A DNA stretch of 64,000 nucleotides. Origin: Candidatus Melainabacteria bacterium RIFCSPLOWO2_02_FULL_35_15. GTDB taxonomy: Bacteria; Cyanobacteriota; Vampirovibrionia; 2-02-FULL-35-15. This document shows positions 28,706-40,300 of this stretch, piece after piece. Every line of letters starts with the position of its first letter. Positions within the stretch are counted from its first letter, which is position 1. Position numbers and translations under genes: made by a program. The notes under the pieces are model-generated. The model was given only the letters and a program-made list of their open reading frames with translations. It searched no databases and was not told where the DNA came from. The stretch spans positions 80,966 through 144,965 of the forward strand of contig MFRN01000043.1 of assembly GCA_001784585.1 (NCBI GenBank). The letters run 5' to 3'.

Positions 28706-29146
28706 ATGAAATTGCCATGGGAAGAGATAGAAGAATTAACCAAATACCTTAGAGAAAAAGGTCTTAGTGAGATTACCATTGAAACAAAAGATGGAAAAAT
28801 TACCGTTAAAAAAGATGCACAGGGAGTAATAAAATCATCTGCCATATCTTCGCAGGAAAGTTCTCAGAAACATAACACTGCAGAACCAGAGACACAAAAA
28901 TCAAAATACTATGAGGTAACTTCTCCAATGGTTGGTACTTTTTATGTATCTTCAAGCCCCGGAGCAGAACCATTTGTAAAAACCGGATCAAAGATAAAAA
29001 CAGGAGATGTCTTGTGTATTATAGAAGCTATGAAAATAATGAATGAGCTGCCTGCTGAAGTAAGCGGTACAGTTAAGGAGATTCTTGTGAAAGACAACCA
29101 AACTGTTGAATATGGACAAGTATTAATGAGACTTGATACAAAATAA
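28706..29146 (+). CDS. accB: Biotin carboxyl carrier protein of acetyl-CoA carboxylase
   Basis: Biotinyl-lysine motif CIIEAMKIMNEL. ~146 aa. Confidence 0.9.
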   Translation: MKLPWEEIEELTKYLREKGLSEITIETKDGKITVKKDAQGVIKSSAISSQESSQKHNTAEPETQKSKYYEVTSPMVGTFYVSSSPGAEPFVKTGSKIKTGDVLCIIEAMKIMNELPAEVSGTVKEILVKDNQTVEYGQVLMRLDTK

Positions 29147-29165
29147 CAATGGCAGATTCCAGGTT

Positions 29166-30098
29166 ATGAATAAAGTAATAAATCTTCTGATTGTTTTAAT
29201 GATTATTTTGAATAATTATTTTGTTGTTTATGCTAAAGAAGATAATTTAAATAAAAATAAACCAGGGCAAAAACAATTTAATAAGATTGAAAAAAAGAAA
29301 CCTGTTGTACCGGATATTTCGTTTGGAGCGGAAGATTCCAGGACACCAGAAGAGTTAGTGCAGGTATTTGTAAAAAATGATTTTGATGAAGAGATTAAAG
29401 TTAAACTGGACACAAACAGAGAATACCCGATTGGCCCGCATGAATCAATTACCCTTGGGCAAAGGAAACCAGGGAAATATACTTTAACTGTTTATAATAA
29501 AAAAGGTGAGTTTGTAGATAACTTAACCAGAAGTATTGATTACAAAAACAAGTTTGTTTTAAATAAAGATACTGTCTCTGATTCAGATAAAATCACAGGT
29601 CTAACAACAGGTCAAAAAGTAGCTATTACTGCCGGAGCACTAGGTGCTGCTGGTGTTGGCAGTTTGCTTATAAATAAAGCATTGCAGGAAAGCAGCCAGC
29701 CACAGCAGGAAGCAGTACAAGAACAAAATCAAATTCCAGCACCACTTCCCCAGTTACCGCCACCAGTACAACAGGCAATTATTCCTGAACAACAAATTAT
29801 TCAAAGTAATGCTTTTGCTGAAAATGGAATGTCAATCAAATTTTTAAATACAAAATATTCCCAACTTACAATTATAGTTGAAGGGATTGACGGTCAGCCA
29901 ATTGGAAATAACTGGGTTATTCCTCTTGCACCACCAGCTCAAAAACCACAACCACTTGTTCTTAGCGGTGAAAAAATTGCTATTAATCCTGAGCAAAAAA
30001 TAAAAGTTATTTTGCCAAATAATTTTGAACTACAGAGACTTGGATTTGAATTAGATGTTGATCCTATGGACAACAGTTATGTTTGGGTTTTGAAATAG
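29166..30098 (+). CDS. Secreted hypothetical protein with a Pro/Gln-rich linker
   Basis: Signal peptide/TM (MNKVINLLIVLMIILNNYFVVYA). No recognisable domain. The track ORF starts earlier, at 29133, and overlaps accB. Confidence 0.5.
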   Translation: MNKVINLLIVLMIILNNYFVVYAKEDNLNKNKPGQKQFNKIEKKKPVVPDISFGAEDSRTPEELVQVFVKNDFDEEIKVKLDTNREYPIGPHESITLGQRKPGKYTLTVYNKKGEFVDNLTRSIDYKNKFVLNKDTVSDSDKITGLTTGQKVAITAGALGAAGVGSLLINKALQESSQPQQEAVQEQNQIPAPLPQLPPPVQQAIIPEQQIIQSNAFAENGMSIKFLNTKYSQLTIIVEGIDGQPIGNNWVIPLAPPAQKPQPLVLSGEKIAINPEQKIKVILPNNFELQRLGFELDVDPMDNSYVWVLK

Positions 30099-31455
30099 TT
30101 TGTGCTGTTGTTAAACTGTGCCTTATCACATCTAAAATTTTCTTAGCCTGAAAAATTTCAATTCTGCTGTTTTGTATTTTTGTATCTATATCAGGAATTA
30201 CAACCTGCTCAAAACCTAATTTTATACATTCTTTTATCCTGTTTTCAATTTGATTTACCTGCCTAATTTCACCCGTTAAACCTATTTCCCCAATAAAAAC
30301 TGTTTTTTTAGACGGGATTACATCCTGCTTGCAGCTAACTATTGACATGGCTATTGATAAATCAAGAGCAGGTTCACAGCTGCTTAATCCACCTACAAGA
30401 TTTACAAATAAATCATGCTTTGAAAAATTAAACCCAACCCTTCTCTCTAAAATTGCAATAATCTGAAGAACCCTATTATAATCAAGTCCGTTAACAACTC
30501 TTCGCGGGGTAGTATACGCCGTCCCGCCAACCAGTGCCTGAACTTCTGCAATAATTGTTTTGCTTCCTTCTACTATAGCTGAATAAGTGCTTCCAGGCAC
30601 CGGGTCTTTATTTTGAGACATAAAAAGGAAGCTGGGATTTGATATAGGTTTTAACCCGGTATCTTTCATTTCAAAAACTGAAATTTCATTCGTACAGCCA
30701 TATCGGTTTTTTGTAGCACGCAAAATCCTGAAATTATGAAATTTTTCTCCTTCAAAATATAAGACTGTATCTACTATGTGTTCTAAAACTTTTGGCCCGG
30801 CAATTAGCCCTTCTTTGTTTACATGCCCGACTAAAATTGTGGTTATGTTTTTGCTTTTTGCAAGATGTAAAATTTTATTTGCGCATTCTCTGACCTGGCT
30901 TACATTTCCGGCTGATGATTCAAGCTCAGGATGATATATGGCCTGGATAGAATCAATGATTAAAAATTCCGGCTTTTCTTTTTCAATTAAATTTATTATG
31001 GTTTCAAGATTATTTTCTGCAAGTAAAAGTAAATTTTCACTGTCCAAATTTAATCTCTGGGCACGGAGTTTTATCTGGTAAATAGATTCTTCGGCGGTAA
31101 TGTAAGCTACTTTTAATTTGTTTGACAAATAATCTGCTACCTGTAATAAAATCGTAGATTTTCCAATGCCAGGTTCTCCTGCAAGCAAGACTAAAGATCC
31201 ATGCACAAAACCACCGCCAAGAACGTTATCCAGCTCTTTATCAAATGATTTAATTCTTTGAACGCTTTGAACGTCTATAGTAGCAGCAGAGCTAAATAAA
31301 TTTTCTGAAGAGTTTAAATTTGATTTTGGCAATTTCTTATAAACTACTTCTTCTATTAAGCTGCTCCATGAATTACATTCAGGACATTTACCAATATAAC
31401 TTGGTGAAATATATCCGCATTCCTGACATGTCCATTTTGATGATATTTTAGGCAT
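30064..31455 (-). CDS. radA: DNA repair protein RadA/Sms
   Basis: N-terminal C4 zinc finger (CQECGYISPSYIGKCPECNSW). RecA-like ATPase (GEPGIGKST). Lon-like C-terminal domain. Confidence 0.95.
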   Translation of the reverse strand: MPKISSKWTCQECGYISPSYIGKCPECNSWSSLIEEVVYKKLPKSNLNSSENLFSSAATIDVQSVQRIKSFDKELDNVLGGGFVHGSLVLLAGEPGIGKSTILLQVADYLSNKLKVAYITAEESIYQIKLRAQRLNLDSENLLLLAENNLETIINLIEKEKPEFLIIDSIQAIYHPELESSAGNVSQVRECANKILHLAKSKNITTILVGHVNKEGLIAGPKVLEHIVDTVLYFEGEKFHNFRILRATKNRYGCTNEISVFEMKDTGLKPISNPSFLFMSQNKDPVPGSTYSAIVEGSKTIIAEVQALVGGTAYTTPRRVVNGLDYNRVLQIIAILERRVGFNFSKHDLFVNLVGGLSSCEPALDLSIAMSIVSCKQDVIPSKKTVFIGEIGLTGEIRQVNQIENRIKECIKLGFEQVVIPDIDTKIQNSRIEIFQAKKILDVIRHSLTTAQTISKPKHNCCP

Positions 31456-32986
31456 GATGATTTTGTGTAGAGGCGTAGTTGGTTAGATAATTGATTAATG
31501 TTCTTACTCCAACGCCTGTCGGTCCTTTTGGTCCATATTCATTTTCTTTATCGATCCATGAAGGACCAGCTATATCTATGTGAACCCAGGGAATATCAGA
31601 AACAAATTTTTCTATAAACACAGCACCATTTTGTGCACCTGATTTTCCTTTTGAACCAGTGTTTATCATATCGGCAATATCGCTCTTTATTTTTTCCCTA
31701 TCTTCATCATATAAAGGTAACTGCCACATTCTTTCACCAGCTTCATTTCCTGCTTTAATAATTTTATCTGCAAGTTTTTGATTATTTGTCATAACTCCGT
31801 TTGCAGTATCGCCTAAAGCTACTACACATGCGCCGGTTAATGTAGCCAGATCAATAATTTCATCCGGCTTTTGTTTTGCTGCATAAGATACTGCATCTGC
31901 CAGTGTTACACGTCCTTCCGCATCAGTGTTTAAAACCTCAATTGTTTTTCCGTTCATGGCACGGATTACATCGCCTGGTCTGTACGCTTTTCCGCTTGGC
32001 ATATTTTCAGCAGCAGCTACTATCATAGTAATTGCTACATCAGGCTGAAGTTCTTTCATAGCACTCATTGTGCTTATTGTTGCAGCAGAACCTGACATAT
32101 CGTCTTTCATGGTTTCCATGGAGTTGGCTGGCTTAAGTGAAAGACCACCTGAGTCAAATGTAATTCCTTTTCCTACAATTACAACATGTTTCTTAGGTTT
32201 TCTTTTTGGCGTATATTTTATTTCAATAAATTTTGGCGGTTCATCACTTCCCTGAGCTACAGCTAAAAATGCCCCCATTCCAAGTTTTTTACATGCAGCA
32301 CTATCTAAAACTTTTATTTTTAATTTATTTTCTTTTGCTACTTTTCTGGCTATATTTGCAATCTTTGTGGGAGTCATGGTTATAGCTGATTCAGCAACCA
32401 TGTCACGGGCAAGGGCCTGTGCTCTTGCTACAATATTTCCTCTTTTTATTCCAGATTCAATATCTTTTAGCTTTGACTTATCAGTTTCAGCAATGATTAA
32501 AGTTTTAATTTCCATTTTAGGTTCTTTTTTATCTTTTGATTTAAGTCTGTCAAACTCATAAAGCGCAAGCTGAGAAACCTCAGTTATAGCCTGTGCTGCA
32601 TTTTTTATATCAATTTTTCCTGCTCCTGCACCATGTAAAATGGTGCAGACTGTTTTTGCTTTTTCTTTTTTAGCACATCTTATAGCAGACGCAGATATCT
32701 TCCTTATACTATTTAAATCAAATTTTTCTTTTTCACCCAATCCTATTACAATAACTTTCTTTGCTGGGATCAAACCATTTGTTCTTATTACCAGAGTAGT
32801 CCCGGCTTTCCCTTTGAAATTTTCTTCCTTTATTATTTTTTTTATTAATCCATTCAACGCAAAATCGACTGCTCCTGTCCCTCCCCATAGAGACGTGCTA
32901 CGACGCGTCTCTACTTCGAATAAATTTAAAATCAATACATCACATGAAATGTTTTCCAGCTTTTGATTTTTTAGAGTTATCTTCAT
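31448..32986 (-). CDS. pepA: Leucyl aminopeptidase (M17 family)
   Basis: NTDAEGRL motif (VLNTDAEGRVTLADAV). ~500 aa M17 architecture. Confidence 0.9.
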   Translation of the reverse strand: MKITLKNQKLENISCDVLILNLFEVETRRSTSLWGGTGAVDFALNGLIKKIIKEENFKGKAGTTLVIRTNGLIPAKKVIVIGLGEKEKFDLNSIRKISASAIRCAKKEKAKTVCTILHGAGAGKIDIKNAAQAITEVSQLALYEFDRLKSKDKKEPKMEIKTLIIAETDKSKLKDIESGIKRGNIVARAQALARDMVAESAITMTPTKIANIARKVAKENKLKIKVLDSAACKKLGMGAFLAVAQGSDEPPKFIEIKYTPKRKPKKHVVIVGKGITFDSGGLSLKPANSMETMKDDMSGSAATISTMSAMKELQPDVAITMIVAAAENMPSGKAYRPGDVIRAMNGKTIEVLNTDAEGRVTLADAVSYAAKQKPDEIIDLATLTGACVVALGDTANGVMTNNQKLADKIIKAGNEAGERMWQLPLYDEDREKIKSDIADMINTGSKGKSGAQNGAVFIEKFVSDIPWVHIDIAGPSWIDKENEYGPKGPTGVGVRTLINYLTNYASTQNHHA

Positions 32987-33035
32987 TTGTTTCGTATTAT
33001 CCTTTCTTAAAAATCTGTAAAACTAATTTTAGCGT

Positions 33036-33059
33036 GGAGACGTTGCATGCAACGTCTCC
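33036..33059. promoter_or_regulatory. Perfect 24-bp palindrome GGAGACGTTGCATGCAACGTCTCC, followed by a half-site repeat at 33066-33080, in the pepA/5S divergent region
   Basis: Read directly. The core GAGACGTT-N6-AACGTCTC matches the palindrome at 5217-5244. Confidence 0.45.
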
Positions 33060-33103
33060 ATATCTTGCATGCAACGTCTTTACAATCTTCTATGTGTAAT
33101 ATA

Positions 33104-33132
33104 TTGCATTGAGTCATATGCTTGTGTATAAT
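33104..33132 (+). promoter_or_regulatory. Sigma-70 promoter of the 5S rRNA gene (TTGCAT-17-TATAAT)
   Basis: ttgcat, tgagtcatatgcttgtg (17 nt), tataat, ending about 7 nt before the 5S 5' end. Confidence 0.6.
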
Positions 33133-33138
33133 TAGTAG

Positions 33139-33257
33139 TCCTTGGTGAGGATGCGGCTGGATCACACTCGTTCCCATTCCGAACACGACAGTAAAGACAG
33201 CTAGCAGTGACAATATTTAGATCGCAAGGTCTTGAGAAGATAACCATTCGCCAGGGA
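33139..33257 (+). rRNA. rrf: 5S ribosomal RNA (orphan copy, no adjacent 16S/23S)
   Basis: ~119 nt. The terminal helix I pairs (tccttggtg with cgccaggga). Internal conserved CCCATTCCGAACACG..GTAAAG loop-C region. Own promoter upstream and an intrinsic terminator downstream. Confidence 0.75.
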
Positions 33258-33261
33258 TTTA

Positions 33262-33300
33262 TAAAAAACCCTCCGTTAATAGTGGAGGGTTTTTTATTTT
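33262..33300. terminator. Rho-independent terminator (CCCTCC-gttaatagtg-GGAGGG, then TTTTTTATTTT). Bidirectional: A-run upstream, T-run downstream
   Basis: Read directly. Lies between the 5S 3' end and the 3' end of the minus-strand gene 33321-33917. Confidence 0.7.
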
Positions 33301-33320
33301 AGTCGTTTATTTATTTTAGG

Positions 33321-33917
33321 TTATGCGGCTTGTTGTGTTTCTTTTGCTTCTTCTCTACAGGCTTCTTTCGCTTTCGTAAAGTCTTTTTGATAATATTTAA
33401 CAGTAGAAGGTGAAACTGTTTCTAAGTCTCTTATAAGTTCTCTTACGAATCTGGTTGAATCATCATCATAAGCAGTTGCTACCATAGTTTTAATTCCCTT
33501 TGCAAGAACGCCACTGGTTTTATAAAAAGCCCTATCTGGAGAGTATCCACTATTTGCTATAAGAACCTGAGCTCTACCAACAGCATCTTTTATTTGAGCT
33601 TTAGCTTCAGTCATTGACTTTTTAGTTCCTTTTGGTATAGTTCTAGCTTTATCTAGCTGTGCTTTGCCCTCCATGGCAAGATTAGAAGTTTTTCCACTCA
33701 TATTAAATTCTCCAGCTGCAATTAGTTTTTGCCTTTTATCTAAAGGTTTTATGAAACCTTCTGGTGGTCTAAATTTCAAAACCTTATCAAGTTCTACAGC
33801 TGTAACTTCTAAATCTGATTCTTTATATGGAGTTCTTTGCCTTTGTTGTGGTGCGCCACTAGCTGGATTTGCACCTGCTGCACTCGCTGCTCCACCTACT
33901 GCTCCTGTTCCTGCCAT
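33321..33917 (-). CDS. Hypothetical protein with a Gly/Ala-rich N-terminus
   Basis: 198 aa. N-terminal low-complexity region (MAGTGAVGGAASAAGANPASGAP), then a Lys-rich alpha-helical-looking region. No recognisable motif. Confidence 0.5.
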   Translation of the reverse strand: MAGTGAVGGAASAAGANPASGAPQQRQRTPYKESDLEVTAVELDKVLKFRPPEGFIKPLDKRQKLIAAGEFNMSGKTSNLAMEGKAQLDKARTIPKGTKKSMTEAKAQIKDAVGRAQVLIANSGYSPDRAFYKTSGVLAKGIKTMVATAYDDDSTRFVRELIRDLETVSPSTVKYYQKDFTKAKEACREEAKETQQAA

Positions 33918-34140
33918 AATATTTTCTCCTCAAAAATCCTTCTTAAATATTATATTAAATAAATCAATTACTTTCTTCTAACATAATCTATTTTGATTAT
34001 GACATAACCGAATCTTAAAATGCAATACTAAATTGTTAAAAGAATATGAAATTTGGTGTTAACGTTTGTATGTGAATTGTAATTGCTTTTTGTTTACCTA
34101 CATTAAGAAAAAAGGTTAAGATGTAAGGTTAAAACCTAAT

Positions 34141-36098
<1,958 letters not shown>

Positions 36099-36308
36099 TA
36101 AAAAGCTGGTTATCCCTGTTATGCCTGGGGAATCAAAAGTAGTATAGAGTTATCTCTCAGATTATTAAATAAAAATTTATCTTTTTAGCTCAGCACATCT
36201 TCTGCCTTAGCATGAATGACCCTTGAAAAAAATTTTTGTAGGGATAACCAGTCTAACTCACTGTTAATTATTTTGTACAATTAAAATGATATACCGATTA
36301 ACTAAATT

Positions 36309-37016
36309 ATGAATAACTTTGTACATAAATCTCTTGTTAACAACAGTCTTTTAAGTAATCAGATACTTGGGGCAGTTCTTTTGTTTTCTTACTTTGCAGT
36401 ATATGGAATTACTGCTCAGGCTGCATTGTATGGTTTAGAGTTTATTTATTTTCTAAGTTCAATCGGGTTTGCTGCATTAATATTTTATATCCGGGACCCT
36501 GAAGCCCAAAAGAAGAAAATCAAAAAGGGGATTTTATTTAATCAAATTTTTGGTACAGTTCTGCTTTTTGCTTATCTTTTGATTTATGGAGTTTCCAGTA
36601 TTGCTTTATTACAAGGGTTTGGGCTTATATTTTTTATGAGTTCATATATCTTTTTCCTGTCAATAGCTTATATCAGGGATCCTGAACGCATTAAAAAACA
36701 GGAAGAAGCATCTGCTTCAATTACATACAGTCCTTTTGCAGAAAGAACCCCATGTTTTATAAATAATAAGGATTTAAGCTGGTTAGTCAGGGAAGTAAAC
36801 AGTGCACTATCAGTTATTATCGGATTTTCAGAACTCTTAATGAAGAGAGAACACAGTGAAGCTGAAAAAGAATACATGCTAAGAAATATTTATGAGCAGT
36901 CGCTTCATATAAATAGCAGTATTAGTAAGGTTGCATCTCTTGTCCCTGACTCTGTTACAAAGCCAAAACCAACTCATGAAGTCGCTGACTTATTGGCTGA
37001 TAGTAATTTTGTATAA
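36309..37016 (+). CDS. Membrane protein with an internal tandem duplication and a degenerate HisKA-like segment lacking the phospho-accepting His
   Basis: Two ~55-aa hydrophobic repeats, each ending in IRDPE. C-terminal ..VREVNSALSVIIGFSELLMKRE.. aligns to the HisKA consensus SHELRTPLtaIiGFSELL, with Arg in place of His. No ATPase domain. Confidence 0.5.
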   Translation: MNNFVHKSLVNNSLLSNQILGAVLLFSYFAVYGITAQAALYGLEFIYFLSSIGFAALIFYIRDPEAQKKKIKKGILFNQIFGTVLLFAYLLIYGVSSIALLQGFGLIFFMSSYIFFLSIAYIRDPERIKKQEEASASITYSPFAERTPCFINNKDLSWLVREVNSALSVIIGFSELLMKREHSEAEKEYMLRNIYEQSLHINSSISKVASLVPDSVTKPKPTHEVADLLADSNFV

Positions 37017-37053
37017 AACTTAAAACTTTTTTGTCCTGTATAATATTTCACAT

Positions 37054-37136
37054 GCCGGTGTGACGAAATGGCAAACGTAGCTGACTCAAAATCAGCCGAG
37101 CGTAAGCTCTTGTGGGTTCAAGTCCCTCCACCGGCA
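37054..37136 (+). tRNA. tRNA-Leu (anticodon CAA)
   Basis: Acceptor stem GCCGGTG/CACCGGC with discriminator A. Anticodon stem GCTGA/TCAGC with loop CTCAAAA. Long variable arm. T-loop GGTTCAAGTCC. A TATAAT box sits ~10 nt upstream. Confidence 0.85.
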
Positions 37137-37250
37137 ATTATGTAAAGCATCTTTGTTTCAGAGTTGTCTTTGCCATCTTGACAATCTATTAGGTAAGACT
37201 ATATAGTGTTAGATAATAACAAAAAGAAACATAATATACTCATATACAAG

Positions 37251-37279
37251 TTGACATAAGAGGCAAGGGAAAATATAAT
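37251..37279 (+). promoter_or_regulatory. Consensus sigma-70 promoter for rpoB (TTGACA-17-TATAAT)
   Basis: ttgaca, taagaggcaagggaaaa (17 nt), tataat, about 70 nt upstream of the rpoB ATG. A GAGG Shine-Dalgarno sits before the ATG. Confidence 0.55.
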
Positions 37280-37350
37280 TTTACCCTTACTTGCTGTAAT
37301 TTTTTGAAAAAAATAAATTGTTTTATTTGATAAAGATATTGAGGTAATAA

Positions 37351-40300
37351 ATGACAGTTAAAGCGCCTGAGCGGGTGCAACCCTACGCAAAGGCTGGCCA
37401 AAGGACTGCTGTCCTTCCAGATCTCGCTGAAATTCAAAAAGCCTCCTTTGAATGGTTCCTGAGAGAAGGGCTTTCAGAGGAGTTAAAGTCATTCTCACCC
37501 ATTAGAGATTATACGGGCCGGCTTGAATTATATTTTTTACACGATAATTATTCTTTTGAAGATCATACAGAACCTAAAAAAGCTAAAACTCCACAAGAAG
37601 CCCGGGATAACGATCAGAGCTATACAAAAAAACTTTATATCCAGATGCGCCTTGTTAATCGTGACACTGGTGAAATAAAAGAAAATAAAATGTTTGTGGG
37701 TGAAATTCCCATGATGACTGATCGCGGTACATTTATTATTAATGGCGCAGAGAGAGTAGTAGTTTCTCAGATTGTCAGATCACCTGGTATTTACTATAAA
37801 CGTGATGTTGATCCAAATGGGAAAAGAACATTTAATGCCACTCTTATCCCAAACAGAGGTGCATGGTTAAAACTTGAATCTGATAATAATGACATTGTTC
37901 ATGTAAAGATTGATAAGAACAGAAAATTATATGCTACTACCCTGCTAAAAGCACTTGGCTATACAGCAAATGAAATGGAAACACTTTTCCATCACTTTGA
38001 TTTCCTGCACAAAACACTGGAAAAAGATCCTGCTGAAAACAGAGAACAAGCGTTAATTGAAGTCTATAAAAAATTAAGACCTGGAGATCCTACCAGTGTG
38101 GAAGGCGGAAGACAAATATTAGAATCCAGATTTTTTGATGATAAAAGATATAACCTTGGTAAAGTAGGCCGTTATAAAATAAACAAAAAACTTAGCTTAT
38201 CTGTTCCTGAAGATGTAAGAGTATTAACCAGGGACGATATCGTGGCATCAATAGATTATTTAATAAATCTTCATTATGATGAAGGGCAAATTGATGATAT
38301 TGATCATTTGGGAAACAGAAGAATCAGATCAGTTGGTGAGCTTTTGCAAAACCAGTTCAGGGTAGGTCTTTCACGCCTGGAAAGAATTATTAAAGAAAGA
38401 ATGACTTTGCAGGATGCAGATACCTTAACTCCGGCAAATCTTTTAAATCCAAAACCATTGATTGCAGCTATCAGAGAATTCTTTGGCTCATCCCAGTTAA
38501 GTCAGTTCATGGATCAGACAAATGCACTTGCTGAATTAACACATAAAAGAAGATTGTCAGCATTAGGTCCTGGTGGTTTATCAAGAGAGCGTGCGGGTTT
38601 TGCAGTTCGGGATATTCATCCTAGTCATTATGGAAGAATATGTCCTGTAGAAACTCCGGAAGGTCCAAATGCAGGATTGATTGGTTCGCTTGCTACTCAT
38701 GCTCGTGTTAACCAGTATGGTTTTATAGAAACACCGTACAGAAAAGTTATAAACGGTACTGTGGCCAGCGAAGTTCAGTATTTGTCTGCTGATGAGGAAG
38801 ATAATTTCAGAGTAGCTCCCGGTGATGTACCTTTAAATGAAGATGGATCTTTTAAAGCAGAGTTTATACCTGCCAGATATAAAAGTGAGTTTATTGTAGT
38901 GCCGCCTGAAGAAGTAGACTTTGTAGGTGTAAGTCCTATTCAGATAGTTTCTGTAGGTACAGCACTCATTCCGTTCCTTGAACATGATGATGCAAACAGA
39001 GCTTTAATGGGTTCAAATATGCAGCGTCAGTCAGTACCACTTATTACCACTGAGAGACCTTACGTCGGTACTGGTATTGAAAAGCAGACAGCAAGAGACT
39101 CCGGAATGGTTATTGTAGCAGGTGACTTTGGTGAGGTTACTTATGTCAGCTCACAAAGAATCAGAATTAAATATAAATCATTTAATCATGAGGTTGAATA
39201 TTCTCTTACCAAATTTAACAGAAGTAACCAGGATACCTGCTTAAATCAAAAACCAATTGTAAGCACTGGTGATAAAGTTATTCCGGGTCAGGTGCTGGCT
39301 GACGGACCAGCTACAGATTGTGGAGAGCTTGCGCTTGGGAAAAATATTCTTGTTGCATTTATGCCATGGGAAGGATATAACTTTGAAGATGCTATTTTAG
39401 TCAGTGAAAGACTGGTAATGGATGATGTTTTTACATCTATTCACATAGAAAAATTAGAGATTGATGCCAGATCTACAAAACTTGGACCTGAAGAAATAAC
39501 AAGAGAAGTTCCAAATGTTTCCGAAGAAGCTTTAAGACATTTGGATGAAAATGGAATTGTAAGAATCGGGGCCAGAGTTTTTCCGGATGATGTTCTGGTT
39601 GGAAAGATTACTCCAAAAGGAGAGTCTGATCATCCTCCTGAGGAAAGGCTTTTAAGAGCAATCTTTGGTGAAAAGGCCCGTGATGTAAGGGATAATTCCT
39701 TAAGGGTTCCGCATGGTGAAGGTGGAAGGGTTGTAGATGTAAAAGTATTTGATCGTGAAAAAGGAGATGAATTGCCTCCTGTAGCAAATAAAGTAGTGCG
39801 TGTTTTTATTGCTCAGAAAAGAAAGATTTCAGTAGGTGACAAGGTGGCAGGACGACATGGTAACAAAGGTATAATTGCAAAGATTCTGCCTGTTGAAGAT
39901 ATGCCATTTTTATCTGATGGTACGCCGGTGGATATTGTTTTAAATCCGCTTGGTGTGCCAAGTCGTATGAATATCGGGCAAACCTATGAAACAATGCTTG
40001 GTCTGGCTTCCATGTTAAATAATACTCACTATGAAGTTCCGCCTTTTGATGAAATGTATGGATCAGAAGCCAGTAAAACACTTGTTCTTAACGAAATTAA
40101 CAATGCAAAGAAAAATAAAAATGTTGAATGGATTGATGATAACGGCAAAGTTAAATTAATTGATGGCAGGACCGGTGAACCTTTTGATAATCCGTGCTCT
40201 GTTGGAAAAATCTACATGATGAAACTTGTTCACCTTGTAGACGATAAGATTCATGCAAGAAGTACAGGGCCTTACAGCCTGGTAACACAACAACCTCTTG

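Noticed and set aside
32986-33140. Expected 23S/16S rRNA genes adjacent to the 5S gene
   Set aside because: The upstream sequence is the pepA 5' region and promoter palindromes. No rRNA-like sequence is present, so the 5S is treated as orphan.
33664-33981. 105-aa plus-strand ORF
   Set aside because: Antisense to the 33321-33917 gene. Ala/Pro-rich mirror translation of its GA-rich region.
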